NCBI GenBank assembly: GCA_002030045.1
Contig: LQBI01000031.1
Coordinates: 94,854 to 158,853 of the forward strand
Direction: 5' to 3'
DNA from: Candidatus Aegiribacteria sp. MLS_C
Lineage (GTDB): Bacteria > Fermentibacterota > Fermentibacteria > Fermentibacterales > JCC-6
DNA: 64,000 nucleotides
Position numbers and translations under genes: made by a program. How positions within the stretch are numbered: the first letter of the stretch is position 1; every line of letters starts with the position of its first letter. This document shows, piece after piece, positions 16,744 to 25,749 of the stretch. Below the pieces are notes generated by a model. It saw nothing but the letters and a program-made list of their open reading frames with translations, searched no databases and had not been told where the DNA came from.

Positions 16744-19122
16744 ATGGCCGTGAACCCGCTGAAGCCGGATGAGCTGAGATGGACATGCCCCAAGGAGGCG
16801 CTGGACTTCGAGACCACCTCCGACATAAAACCCACCGGCGAGATAGTCGGCCAGGAGAGAGCGATCCAGGCCCTGAAGCTCGGTCTGGAGATACCCTCGA
16901 TAGGCTACAACATGTTCGTCACAGGAGTCTCCGGAACAGGGCGCGAGACCACCATAAAGAGAATACTGGAAGGCATGGACACAACCACCAATGACCTCCG
17001 GGACATCATGTACGTCAGGAACATGGAGGACCCCGGGGTCCCGGTGGTACTCACCTTCCCGGCAGGCGAGGGATCCCGGTTCGCCGAGGCGCTGGAGGAG
17101 TGCGTGCAGCTGCTCAAGAGCAACATACCGGCGGTACTGAGCAGCGAGAAGGCCGAGATGGAGTCCCGTTCTCTGAAGACCGTTTACGGCAACCGGAAGA
17201 AGGAGGTCATGGAGGGGATAAAGGAGAAGGCCTCCGAAGAGGGCTTCACCATCGTCAACGTCCCTGTGCCCCCCGGCGAGTTCAGGCCCGATGTCCTTCC
17301 CGTGATAAACGACGAACCCGTAACCTTCGACACTCTTGCTGGAATGAAGGACGAGGGCAAGCTTACTCAGGAGGATATGGACCGTTACACGGCCAAGCAC
17401 GAGGAACTGTTCAGGGAACTGACGGAGGCCTTCAGGAAGACCCGTGACCTGGAGATCGAGTTCAACACCAGGATCGAGAAGATGTCCAGTAGGCTGGTAC
17501 AGCCCACCATTACCGGAATAATCGCCATACTCAGGGAGATCGGCGACGACAAGGCCGACAGCTGGGCCGATTCGCTGGTGGAGATAATACTGGAGAACCT
17601 GAGCGATTTTGCCGGGGGCTCCGACAGCGGAGATCCCTACGTGCTCTTTACTCCGAACCTGATCGTGGACAACTCAGGGAACGACAAGCGGCCCGTGATA
17701 ATAGAGGAATTCCCCGATTCCATAAGCCTCTTCGGAAACATCGACAGGGTAATGGTGGACAACAAACCCTACAGCGACCACACGATGATACGCCCCGGGG
17801 CGATTCACATGGCCGACGGCGGCTACCTCATCATGAACGCCCTGGACCTGGTGCGTGAACCCTCGCTCTGGCAGAGACTTATTCAGACTCTGAGGAACCA
17901 GACCACCGTCATCAGGTGCCATGATCCCCTGGGAATGCATCCCATCCACCTGCATCCCGAACCCCTGGAAACCAACGTCAAGGTAATACTCATAGGCTCC
18001 TCCTACCTCTACCAGCTGCTGGCCTCCTACGAGCCGGAGTTCGGGCTGCTCTTCCGAATAAGGGCCGCCTTCGACATCACTATGGAGGCATCGGTGCCTA
18101 ACGTAAGGGACTTCGCCAACGTGGTGGCCGGCATAATAAAGTCGGAAGGCCTGCTGCCCATGGATCCGGGAGCTGTGGCAGCCGTAGTCGAGGAGAGCGC
18201 AAGGATAGCCGGAATAGACAGGAGGATATCCCTGGAGTTCAACCGGGTAACGGACTACCTCCGCCAGTCCTCCTACTTCGCAAGGGGCAGCGGAGAGGAG
18301 GTGGTCAGGTCCGACCACGTCAAGGAGGCCATCAGGCAGAAGACCTTCCGCCTGAACATGGGCGAGAGCTACGCTACCAGGGACATTATGAAAGGCACGG
18401 TGAAGATCGATACCGAAGGTCTGAAGGTCGGACAGGTGAACGGGCTGGCGGTCTACCAGGGAGTGGACTACGCCTTCGGGCTCCCCGTGAGGATAACCAC
18501 CAGGGTCTCTGCAGGAAGGAAGGGACTGATCAACGTCGAGCGCGAGTCCGACATGTCGGGCACCACACATACCAAGGGCATGCTGATAATTTCCGGTTTC
18601 CTGCAGGGCAAGTTCGCACGGGAGTATCCTCTTTCCCTTTCGGCCAGCGTCGTCTTCGAGCAGAGCTACGGGGGCATCGAGGGGGACAGCGCCTCCTCCA
18701 CCGAGCTCTACGTTCTGCTCAGCGCCCTTTCAGAGATACCCATCAGGCAGGACATAGCCGTGACGGGGTCGGTCAACCAGTTCGGGGAGATACAGGCCAT
18801 AGGGGGCGTCAACGAGAAGATCGAGGGTTTCCACAGGGTGTGCTGCGGCAGGGGCCTTACCGGGACCCAGGGCGTCATGATCCCGTCGGCCAACGTGAAG
18901 GACCTTCACCTGAGGGACGAGGTAGTGGAATCCGTAAGGGAAGGAAGTTTCCACATCTGGTCCGTGGAAACCATCGAAGAGGGGGCTGAACTCCTGATGG
19001 GAATCAGCACAGGGGAGCTGATGCCCGACGGCATGTATCCGGCGGACACCATCTACGGGAAGGTGGACAGAAGACTGAGACAGATGGCGGAGACGCTGAG
19101 GTCCTTCAACTACCGCGACTAG
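16744..19122 (+). CDS. Lon-like ATP-dependent protease (COG1067 / LonB-YcbZ type)
   Basis: P-loop-like GVSGTGRETT. C-terminal S16 domain with a Ser-Lys dyad context (SYGGIEGDSASSTELYVLLSALSEIPIRQDIAVTGSVNQFGEIQAIGGVNEKIEGFHRVC); 792 aa. Confidence 0.8.
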   Translation: MAVNPLKPDELRWTCPKEALDFETTSDIKPTGEIVGQERAIQALKLGLEIPSIGYNMFVTGVSGTGRETTIKRILEGMDTTTNDLRDIMYVRNMEDPGVPVVLTFPAGEGSRFAEALEECVQLLKSNIPAVLSSEKAEMESRSLKTVYGNRKKEVMEGIKEKASEEGFTIVNVPVPPGEFRPDVLPVINDEPVTFDTLAGMKDEGKLTQEDMDRYTAKHEELFRELTEAFRKTRDLEIEFNTRIEKMSSRLVQPTITGIIAILREIGDDKADSWADSLVEIILENLSDFAGGSDSGDPYVLFTPNLIVDNSGNDKRPVIIEEFPDSISLFGNIDRVMVDNKPYSDHTMIRPGAIHMADGGYLIMNALDLVREPSLWQRLIQTLRNQTTVIRCHDPLGMHPIHLHPEPLETNVKVILIGSSYLYQLLASYEPEFGLLFRIRAAFDITMEASVPNVRDFANVVAGIIKSEGLLPMDPGAVAAVVEESARIAGIDRRISLEFNRVTDYLRQSSYFARGSGEEVVRSDHVKEAIRQKTFRLNMGESYATRDIMKGTVKIDTEGLKVGQVNGLAVYQGVDYAFGLPVRITTRVSAGRKGLINVERESDMSGTTHTKGMLIISGFLQGKFAREYPLSLSASVVFEQSYGGIEGDSASSTELYVLLSALSEIPIRQDIAVTGSVNQFGEIQAIGGVNEKIEGFHRVCCGRGLTGTQGVMIPSANVKDLHLRDEVVESVREGSFHIWSVETIEEGAELLMGISTGELMPDGMYPADTIYGKVDRRLRQMAETLRSFNYRD

Positions 19123-19134
19123 GTGACCGCCCGC

Positions 19135-19398
19135 CTAGTACCGGACCCTTCCGTAGGTCAGCAGGAGGTGGTCCGGCCCGTCCGGGGGGCTGCCGTCTTC
19201 CTCCATCGACCTCACCAGCAGGTAGACCCTGCCCTCCTCGTCGACCTCCATCAGGACAGGCGTGTTCTCCAGGGGCATGGTGTACACCGTACTCCAGAGA
19301 AACTCACCTTCAGGGTCGAACTCCATCAGGAATATGTCGGTATCCCCGGGAGGCATGAAGAAGCCGTCATCCCTCTCGTAGCCCGTGTAACCGGTCAC
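19135..19398 (-). CDS. beta-propeller (SBBP-type) repeat secreted protein, 3' fragment (-1 frame relative to 19395-20186)
   Basis: A GTG-initiated fragment of the caller whose frame stays open upstream and encodes the repeat-like sequence EYLDGLRFHANGKLPAIDGEGSVHVTGYTGYERDDGFF…EGEFLWSTVY. It is the continuation of the upstream ORF after a frameshift. Confidence 0.5.
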   Translation of the reverse strand: MTGYTGYERDDGFFMPPGDTDIFLMEFDPEGEFLWSTVYTMPLENTPVLMEVDEEGRVYLLVRSMEEDGSPPDGPDHLLLTYGRVRY

Positions 19399-20186
19399 GT
19401 GGACGGAGCCCTCCCCGTCGATGGCCGGCAGTTTTCCGTTCGCATGGAAACGCAGCCCGTCCAGGTACTCTCAGTAACGGTCCCCCCCCCGGCGTCGAAA
19501 CCCGTCAGGAACATGTAGAGGCTCATGCCGAGACTGTCGGTGACCCCGGTGAGAAGGACCCCTCCGTCAGGGGTCTCGGCCATGTCACCGAGGCCTGTCA
19601 CGGGTCCGCCCTGAAGACGGAAAGCTGTGGCCATGATGACGCTGCCCGACGCATCCGGCCGGTAAAGCTTCCACCGGTCGCTTCCGGGAGGAGGTTCCCG
19701 GGCGGCCAGGCAGCCGCAGTTCACAGACGGCACGACGAAGGGGCCTGCGTCCCCGTAATAGTATGCGGAATCCAGCAGAACGGTCCACAGATTGTCTCCC
19801 TCGGGACCGAACCTGGAGACACCGGTCAGGATCATGCACTCGGAAGGGTGCTCTCCGGACAGGGAGACTCCCCCGTATTCTGAAAACGTCCCCGGCGGGA
19901 CCGGTAGAGGCGTCACCACGGACGGTCGCACCGTGCAGCCGGTGTCCATCGGGACCAGACACCTGAGCGGTCCGTCGACCCCATCCTTAACGAGTTCTAT
20001 CACCGCTGACGATCCGGCCGTGTCCGTTACCATGGACAGGGGACGCCATCCCTCGGAGTTCAGGTCACCGGCCACGGTCCAGTCCGCGGGCGGGACCGCG
20101 GCATTCATGGCAAGCACAATGATGACGAAGCTCATGGTTCCTCCTCTGCGCGCATGAAAACCCCGCTGTAAGATATTCCCTTTCAA
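19395..20186 (-). CDS. beta-propeller (SBBP-type) repeat secreted protein, 5' fragment with signal peptide; the frame is lost near 19450-19480
   Basis: Signal peptide MSFVIIVLAMNAAVPPADW. Repeat units (…DNLWTVLLDSAYYYGD…, …SDRWKLYRPDASGS…). The last ~30 codons are Ser/Thr/Arg-rich out-of-frame junk. A C9 homopolymer sits at 19482-19490. Confidence 0.55.
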   Translation of the reverse strand: MKGNILQRGFHARRGGTMSFVIIVLAMNAAVPPADWTVAGDLNSEGWRPLSMVTDTAGSSAVIELVKDGVDGPLRCLVPMDTGCTVRPSVVTPLPVPPGTFSEYGGVSLSGEHPSECMILTGVSRFGPEGDNLWTVLLDSAYYYGDAGPFVVPSVNCGCLAAREPPPGSDRWKLYRPDASGSVIMATAFRLQGGPVTGLGDMAETPDGGVLLTGVTDSLGMSLYMFLTGFDAGGGTVTESTWTGCVSMRTENCRPSTGRAPST

Positions 20187-20248
20187 TGAGTTTCAGTTGA
20201 TCGATCCTGAACTGGAGAAGAAGTACCGCGACACAGTATATTCAACTA

Positions 20249-21412
20249 ATGACGAAGGTATTCAGCGCATCATGGGGACAGCTCGAGAAGGCCGGCTCAA
20301 ACGTCGGCGACGAAGCCATCTTTGCTTCACAGGCCAGGGACCTGTCGACTCTGGAGGACGTAAGACTGGGTGTGATGTCCGCCGATCCACAGAGGACCAG
20401 GGTTCTGTACGGTGCGGAACCTTTCGACGTCTCACGCGGAAGGCTCCGGGCCATGGCCAGAGGAGTGAGGTGGGCCGACGTCGTCATTGTGGGTGGCGGA
20501 GAACTGGCACAGGACAGGTCATCGCTCCTGTACACACCCTTCAATCTTCATCCCATCAGGCTTGCCAGGAAGTACAGGAAACCCGCCTTTGCCTGGTCGG
20601 TGGGAATAGGACAGGGCGCGGAGCTGGCAAGATGGACCCCGGGGCAGCTCAGGAAATGGCTCGGTTACTGCTGCGGAGTGACGGTACGGGACAGGCCCTC
20701 CTACGAGACCCTGATGTCACTGGGACTGGATCCGGAAAGGGTCAAGCTGGCATCGGACTCCACCTTCACCCTGGCGGGAGACTTCGCCGGTACCCATGGC
20801 TCGCCGGAGATACTGGGAGTCGCCCTTAGGGATGTCTCCAACAGACGTGGGAAACTGCTTCCTCTGGAGGTCCGGCGCCGACTCGGGCTCTACCGCGAAC
20901 CGGATCGGACGGAGGAGAGACGGGTATGGGCCGGTCTGCTGGACAGGCATATCGAGACCCGTGGAGGCGAGATCCGCTTCTTCCCGTTCCATACCGGAAG
21001 CCTTTCGAATTCGGACGACAGCGAGTGCATATCGGTGATGTCAATGATGGAGCACAGCGACCAGGCTTCTGTCGTGATGCCCGGGGACCTCAGGTCATTC
21101 CTGAACTCCATCTCAGAGTGCAGGGTCATGATAACCGTCCCGCTCCACGGATCCATATTATCCCTGGTCACGGGCACCGTTCCAATCGCAGTCCCCTACG
21201 CCTCCAAGGGTTACAGGTTCATGGAGGAGGCAGGTCTTGGCGGTCTCACCGTGAACACCGGTATCCAGGGCTGGCAGGAGGCCCTCTGGGAACTGCTGGA
21301 TAGGACCTGGGAGGCGTCGAGGGACATCCTGCAGGATATCGCGGAGACTCGAAGCCGGCTTGCAGAGATGAGCACGGCGACCCTGGAGCTCTTCCGCAGG
21401 ACATGCATCTGA
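20249..21412 (+). CDS. polysaccharide pyruvyl transferase family protein (CsaB/WcaK-like)
   Basis: N-terminal GSNVGDEAI motif (the GNxGDEAI of pyruvyl transferases) and overall ~390-aa architecture. Confidence 0.65.
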   Translation: MTKVFSASWGQLEKAGSNVGDEAIFASQARDLSTLEDVRLGVMSADPQRTRVLYGAEPFDVSRGRLRAMARGVRWADVVIVGGGELAQDRSSLLYTPFNLHPIRLARKYRKPAFAWSVGIGQGAELARWTPGQLRKWLGYCCGVTVRDRPSYETLMSLGLDPERVKLASDSTFTLAGDFAGTHGSPEILGVALRDVSNRRGKLLPLEVRRRLGLYREPDRTEERRVWAGLLDRHIETRGGEIRFFPFHTGSLSNSDDSECISVMSMMEHSDQASVVMPGDLRSFLNSISECRVMITVPLHGSILSLVTGTVPIAVPYASKGYRFMEEAGLGGLTVNTGIQGWQEALWELLDRTWEASRDILQDIAETRSRLAEMSTATLELFRRTCI

Positions 21413-21416
21413 CAGG

Positions 21417-22253
21417 ATGATGCTACCGGGTATTCACGCCTCCGTCAGCGGAGGGCTCAATCGGGCCCTGGAAGTCCTGGGGTCATCGGGTCTGCCCTGC
21501 GGCCAGATATTCACCTCGAACCAGAGGCGCTGGAAGGGCCGCGAGGTGAAGGAACGCGAGAAGGAGGAGTTTTCGCGGACCCCCATCAGTGTCATATCCC
21601 ACACATCCTACCTGATCAATCTCGCCTCGTTCAGAAACGAGGTCAGGGAACGATCCTTCCTCGCCCTGAGCGAGGAACTCCTGAGAATGCACCAGCTGGG
21701 CATACACTGGACCGTCCTTCATCCCGGCGCACACCTGGGTGAAGGGGATGCCACGGGAATAAGGGCCGTGGCCGCTGCGGTGAGAAGCATCCTGCAGGAT
21801 GCACCGCCCGACACCGGAGTGCTATACGAGAACACCGCGGGCCAGGGTACGGTGGTGGGACGTTCCTTCGAGCAGCTGTCGGACCTCATGGACGGGACGG
21901 GCATTCCCGGGAGGACCGGGATATGCCTGGACACCTGCCACGCATTCGCGGCGGGTTACGACCTGTCCACCAGGAACGGAGTGGACATGGTGATGGAGGA
22001 GTTCGACTCCGTCGTAGGGTCCTCCCGTATAAGGGCCTTCCACATGAACGACTGCCTTGGGACATGCGGGAGTCACCTTGACCGCCATGCCAGGCTCGGC
22101 GGTGGTTTGCTGGGACTGGACCCCCTCCGGTACCTTGCCTCTTTGGAGGATTTCGACGGTATCCCCGGAATAGTCGAGACCCCCGGTACCGACGGGGACA
22201 GGGTCGCCGACGCCCTTGCACTCACTGCCGGCGAGGGAGTGTCCAGGGGGTGA
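21417..22253 (+). CDS. nfo: endonuclease IV (deoxyribonuclease IV)
   Basis: GIHASVSGGL…QIFTSNQRRW…HPGAHLG…LYENTAGQG…CLDTCHAFAAGYD…RAFHMNDC is the Nfo/AP-endonuclease-2 motif series. Confidence 0.85.
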   Translation: MMLPGIHASVSGGLNRALEVLGSSGLPCGQIFTSNQRRWKGREVKEREKEEFSRTPISVISHTSYLINLASFRNEVRERSFLALSEELLRMHQLGIHWTVLHPGAHLGEGDATGIRAVAAAVRSILQDAPPDTGVLYENTAGQGTVVGRSFEQLSDLMDGTGIPGRTGICLDTCHAFAAGYDLSTRNGVDMVMEEFDSVVGSSRIRAFHMNDCLGTCGSHLDRHARLGGGLLGLDPLRYLASLEDFDGIPGIVETPGTDGDRVADALALTAGEGVSRG

Positions 22254-22475
22254 CGCCTCCACCCGGTCCCGCTGCAAGGATCGGGACACGACTGCTGCCT
22301 GGAAACTGCCTGCAGTATCCGATCGATGCTGAAGAGGCAGATTGAGGAGAACCATCGCTGCTTTCCTGTGCATCGTGTTCATGTTATTATTCATCGTCGA
22401 ACATCAGACAGGCAGGAAGGCAGGTCGATTGCTCCACCGCGACATCAGGGTCACGACCGGACCGGGGGGTCAGTC

Positions 22476-23528
22476 GTGAAGGTCGCGGTAACGGCGGATG
22501 TCCATCTGGGAAGGGAAGGAGAGCATCCCGAGAGGCTGGAGGCCCTGGGCTGCATCCTCGATACCGCCGAAAGCAGGGGAATCCCGATCCTGGTCATCGC
22601 CGGCGATCTCTTCGACCAGAATTCCACCGGCTACTCGGGCTTCGAGCAGCTGTGCCGGCGACACCCCGGCATACAGGTGCATCTCATACCCGGCAACCAT
22701 GATCCGGACATATCCGGAAAGACCGTCGTAGGCGACAACATAACGGTCCACCGTCAGGTCACATCGGTCGACCTGGACGGTGTCTCAATGGTCTTCGTGC
22801 CCTATTGCGAGAACTCCGGCATGTGTGATAGCCTGGGGAACCTGAATACGGGCGGGCGCTGGGTCCTGGTCGGCCACGGCGATTACCTGGGGGGGCTGAA
22901 GGAGCGCAATCCCTACGAGAAGGGGACCTACATGCCCCTGTACAGGAAGGACCTTGAGCTGCTCAAACCCTGGCGGGTCTTCCTGGGCCACATTCACAAG
23001 CCCCTGAAGGACTCCTCCGTCTACTATCCCGGATCCCCCTGCGGGCTGGACATAAACGAAACGGGCAGGAGGAGCTTCCTTCTCTTCGACACCTCTACCG
23101 GGAAGGTGGATAGGGAGACCGTTGATACAGCGGTGATCTACTTCAGGGAGAGTTTCCTGGTCATTCCCGACGAACTGGAACTGGACAGGCTCAGGAAACA
23201 GGCCGAAGCCAGGACAGCCGCATGGGGGCTGACAGCCGGTGAAAGGCCGAAGGCCAGGGTAAGGGTGGAGGCCAGGGGGTTCTCATCGGACAGGGAAGCC
23301 GTGATGGAATGCCTACGGGAATCATTCTCCGACTACACCTTCCATTCCGGCGAACTCCCGGACATATCCGGCCTCCGCATCGCCGGGGACGGAAGACGGA
23401 CCACCATTGCACGCAGGGCCATCGAACTCATAGAAGACCTGGACTGGGAATACGGAGGCGAGCAGCCTGACAAGGAGCAGGTCATGGAAGCGGCCCTTGG
23501 AATAATCTTCGGGGACGGGGCCGGATGA
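22476..23528 (+). CDS. sbcD: SbcD/Mre11-like metallophosphoesterase nuclease
   Basis: GTG start gives MKVAVTADVHLG. It is followed by AGDLFD…GNHD…GHGD…GHIH, the Mre11-type phosphoesterase motifs I-VI. Confidence 0.7.
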   Translation: MKVAVTADVHLGREGEHPERLEALGCILDTAESRGIPILVIAGDLFDQNSTGYSGFEQLCRRHPGIQVHLIPGNHDPDISGKTVVGDNITVHRQVTSVDLDGVSMVFVPYCENSGMCDSLGNLNTGGRWVLVGHGDYLGGLKERNPYEKGTYMPLYRKDLELLKPWRVFLGHIHKPLKDSSVYYPGSPCGLDINETGRRSFLLFDTSTGKVDRETVDTAVIYFRESFLVIPDELELDRLRKQAEARTAAWGLTAGERPKARVRVEARGFSSDREAVMECLRESFSDYTFHSGELPDISGLRIAGDGRRTTIARRAIELIEDLDWEYGGEQPDKEQVMEAALGIIFGDGAG

Positions 23529-25657
23529 TGCCCGTCAGGATCCGGAGCATGAGGATCATGAGGGAGGGCCCTCTCCAGAAGGACCTTGACCTTGAACCGG
23601 CGGACCTGAACCTGATATACGGCAGGAACGAGACGGGCAAGACATACGTCGTCGAGGCCATGATATCGCTGCTCTTCCGGACCGGCAGGGATTCCCGCTG
23701 GTCCAGCAGGTCAACCAAGTCCAGGCCGGCGACCGTGAGGGAGTGGGAACCCAGAGGGGAGATCGAGGTGACCGGGCTCGGGGATGGAGCCACGGTCTTC
23801 ACGGCAGGCAGTCCAAGGATCGAGGACCTGGCGGAGAGGGGCGACGGAATGCCATCGGACCTCTCCAGGCTGCTGGTGGTCAGGGCCGGCGACACCAGGC
23901 TCTCCGATGCCAGGGACGGAGTCGGTGACGAAGTCCTGAGGACCTACCTCTCGGGAAAGAGCGTTCTGGACGAGGTGGAAGCGAACATCGGTCAGGAGAC
24001 GGTGAAGAACGCCGTCATAACCGATGGCCGCATAGAGGCCGATAACAAGGGTCTTTACCGGGACAGACTCACCCTCGAGAGGGAGCTACGATACCTGGAC
24101 GAGCTGCGCATGGTGGTGGACGAGAACGCCTCCCTGGTCCGGCTCAATTCCCTGGAGAGAATGAAGGGCGAGCTGGAGGAACGGCTGAGGGACCTGGAGG
24201 ACGCAAGGAGACACCAGGCCTTCCTGCTCCGGGAGGAACGGTCCAGGCTCCTTCTGGACCTCGAAGAACTGCCATCAGAGGAGCAGATCATCCAGCTGGG
24301 TACCGACATCAGTCTCTACCGATCCAGGAACAGGGACCTCCAGCGGCTGAGTGCGGAAATCAAGGAAGCCTCCTCCACCGGCGGTGAACTGGAATGGCTG
24401 GAGCAGGCAAGGGAGGAGTACCTATCCGGTACAGAGTCAGAAGGCAGGGAGCTGATTCCCGCTTCCGCCTGCAGGTACCTCGCACTTCTCTTCCTCCTTA
24501 TGGCGGGTGCCGGAGCATTCTTCGGCAGGGCTCTCACCCTTGCCGGAACCCTGCTTGCAGCCGCATGCCTGGTTTACCTCCTTTGGAGCCGCGGAAAGCG
24601 CCCTTCCCCGGCGGAGACTGAAATTAGGAGGGCTATCGAGAGGGAGTTCCAAAGGAGGTTCGGCAGGGAGCTGACCGATACCGCTACCCTGAAGATGGTC
24701 CTCAGGGAACTGGAGAGCGAGAGGATACGATCCGCCACCGCCGTCGAGAACAGGGACAGGACTGCGGAGGAGGTCGAGGGGGTCGGGAAGCGCGTTGAGG
24801 GGAACATCTACATTCTTGCAGGCAGGGAAGTCCCTCCCGATGAATGGGACGTGGTCCTGGACGGGTTCAGGGCATCGAGGAAGAAACTGCAGGAGGAGCT
24901 GGCCTCGGTCGACGGGGTCATAGCCACTCTGGGAGTACCGCTTGAGGAGAGCTTCCCGCAGCCTTCCACAGCTGAATGGGACCAGAGGGCCTACATCGAT
25001 GTCAGGGAACGTCTGGCGGCTGTAAACGGTGAACTGGACAGGGAGAGGAAGGGCCTCGAGGAACTCAAGGTGGACATATCGGTTGCGACCGGCCTGAATT
25101 CCAGGGATATTCGCGAGCTTATAACGGCGCTGGAGGACAGGAGACGTCAACTCGCGGAGGAACACCGCCTGGTCACCGCCAGGATCCTTGCCGGGAACAC
25201 CGTCTACAGGACCATATGCCAGTACAGGGAACAGGAGAACGCAAGACTCGGCCAGGCCCTGGAATCCCCCGAGATAGTAAACCCGCTGCGCATGATGACC
25301 GGAAGGTACAACGGCATCAGGATGACAGACGACGGTGACCTGTACCTGAAGACCGACGGAAGGGGCGAGTATCCCCTGCACCATCTCAGCACCGGCGCCG
25401 CCGAGCAGGTCTACATGGCCCTCAGGACCGGTTTCGCCAGCCTGTCCTTCGGAGAGCCGGCCTTCCTGCTGCTTGACGACGCATTCCAGCATTCCGACTG
25501 GGACAGGAGGAAGAACCTGGTGGACCAGGTCACGTCAATGGTGGAGGATGGGTGGCAGGTGTTCTACTTCACCATGGATGAGCACCTGAGGAAACTATTC
25601 GACGGGAGGGGAATGGAGATGGGCAGCGGCCGCTACCGTTACCTCAGCCTTGATTAG
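23525..25657 (+). CDS. sbcC: SbcC/Rad50-like ATPase with an internal two-helix transmembrane hairpin
   Basis: Walker A GRNETGKT; long coiled-coil-like central region; C-terminal signature/Walker B/D-loop (LSTGAAEQVYMALRTGFA…FLLLDDAFQHSD). In place of a zinc hook it has the hydrophobic stretch YLALLFLLMAGAGAFFGRALTLAGTLLAAACLVYLLW. Confidence 0.7.
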   Translation: MMPVRIRSMRIMREGPLQKDLDLEPADLNLIYGRNETGKTYVVEAMISLLFRTGRDSRWSSRSTKSRPATVREWEPRGEIEVTGLGDGATVFTAGSPRIEDLAERGDGMPSDLSRLLVVRAGDTRLSDARDGVGDEVLRTYLSGKSVLDEVEANIGQETVKNAVITDGRIEADNKGLYRDRLTLERELRYLDELRMVVDENASLVRLNSLERMKGELEERLRDLEDARRHQAFLLREERSRLLLDLEELPSEEQIIQLGTDISLYRSRNRDLQRLSAEIKEASSTGGELEWLEQAREEYLSGTESEGRELIPASACRYLALLFLLMAGAGAFFGRALTLAGTLLAAACLVYLLWSRGKRPSPAETEIRRAIEREFQRRFGRELTDTATLKMVLRELESERIRSATAVENRDRTAEEVEGVGKRVEGNIYILAGREVPPDEWDVVLDGFRASRKKLQEELASVDGVIATLGVPLEESFPQPSTAEWDQRAYIDVRERLAAVNGELDRERKGLEELKVDISVATGLNSRDIRELITALEDRRRQLAEEHRLVTARILAGNTVYRTICQYREQENARLGQALESPEIVNPLRMMTGRYNGIRMTDDGDLYLKTDGRGEYPLHHLSTGAAEQVYMALRTGFASLSFGEPAFLLLDDAFQHSDWDRRKNLVDQVTSMVEDGWQVFYFTMDEHLRKLFDGRGMEMGSGRYRYLSLD

Positions 25658-25696
25658 ACCGGTAACCGGAAGCGGCCGCTACCGTTACCTCAGCCT
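25625..25696. repeat. 26-bp direct duplication (AGCGGCCGCTACCGTTACCTCAGCCT at 25625-25650 and 25671-25696) spanning the sbcC-like stop codon
   Basis: Exact repeat read directly; the first copy encodes the last 8 codons of the sbcC-like gene. Confidence 0.6.
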
Positions 25697-25749
25697 GGGT
25701 ACACCCGCCGGCCGGGAGGGGGATCCGACCATGAGCAAAGGGTGGTGCA

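Noticed and set aside
19482-19490. The C9 homopolymer as the single cause of the SBBP frameshift
   Set aside because: Adding or removing one G puts the reading frame straight onto TGA (GGDRY*), so a length change here alone does not rejoin the two ORFs. The indel is more likely in the adjacent 13-30 nt.
20197-20829. 210-aa plus-strand ORF starting at 20197
   Set aside because: It is an out-of-frame overlap of the pyruvyl-transferase gene (20249-21412), which has a recognisable N-terminal GDEAI motif.
22253-22476. Possible LexA box upstream of sbcD-like (GTTCATG…CGAACATC)
   Set aside because: The half-sites are in outward orientation (GTTC…GAAC, not GAAC-N4-GTTC) with an 18-nt spacer. This does not match known LexA architectures.
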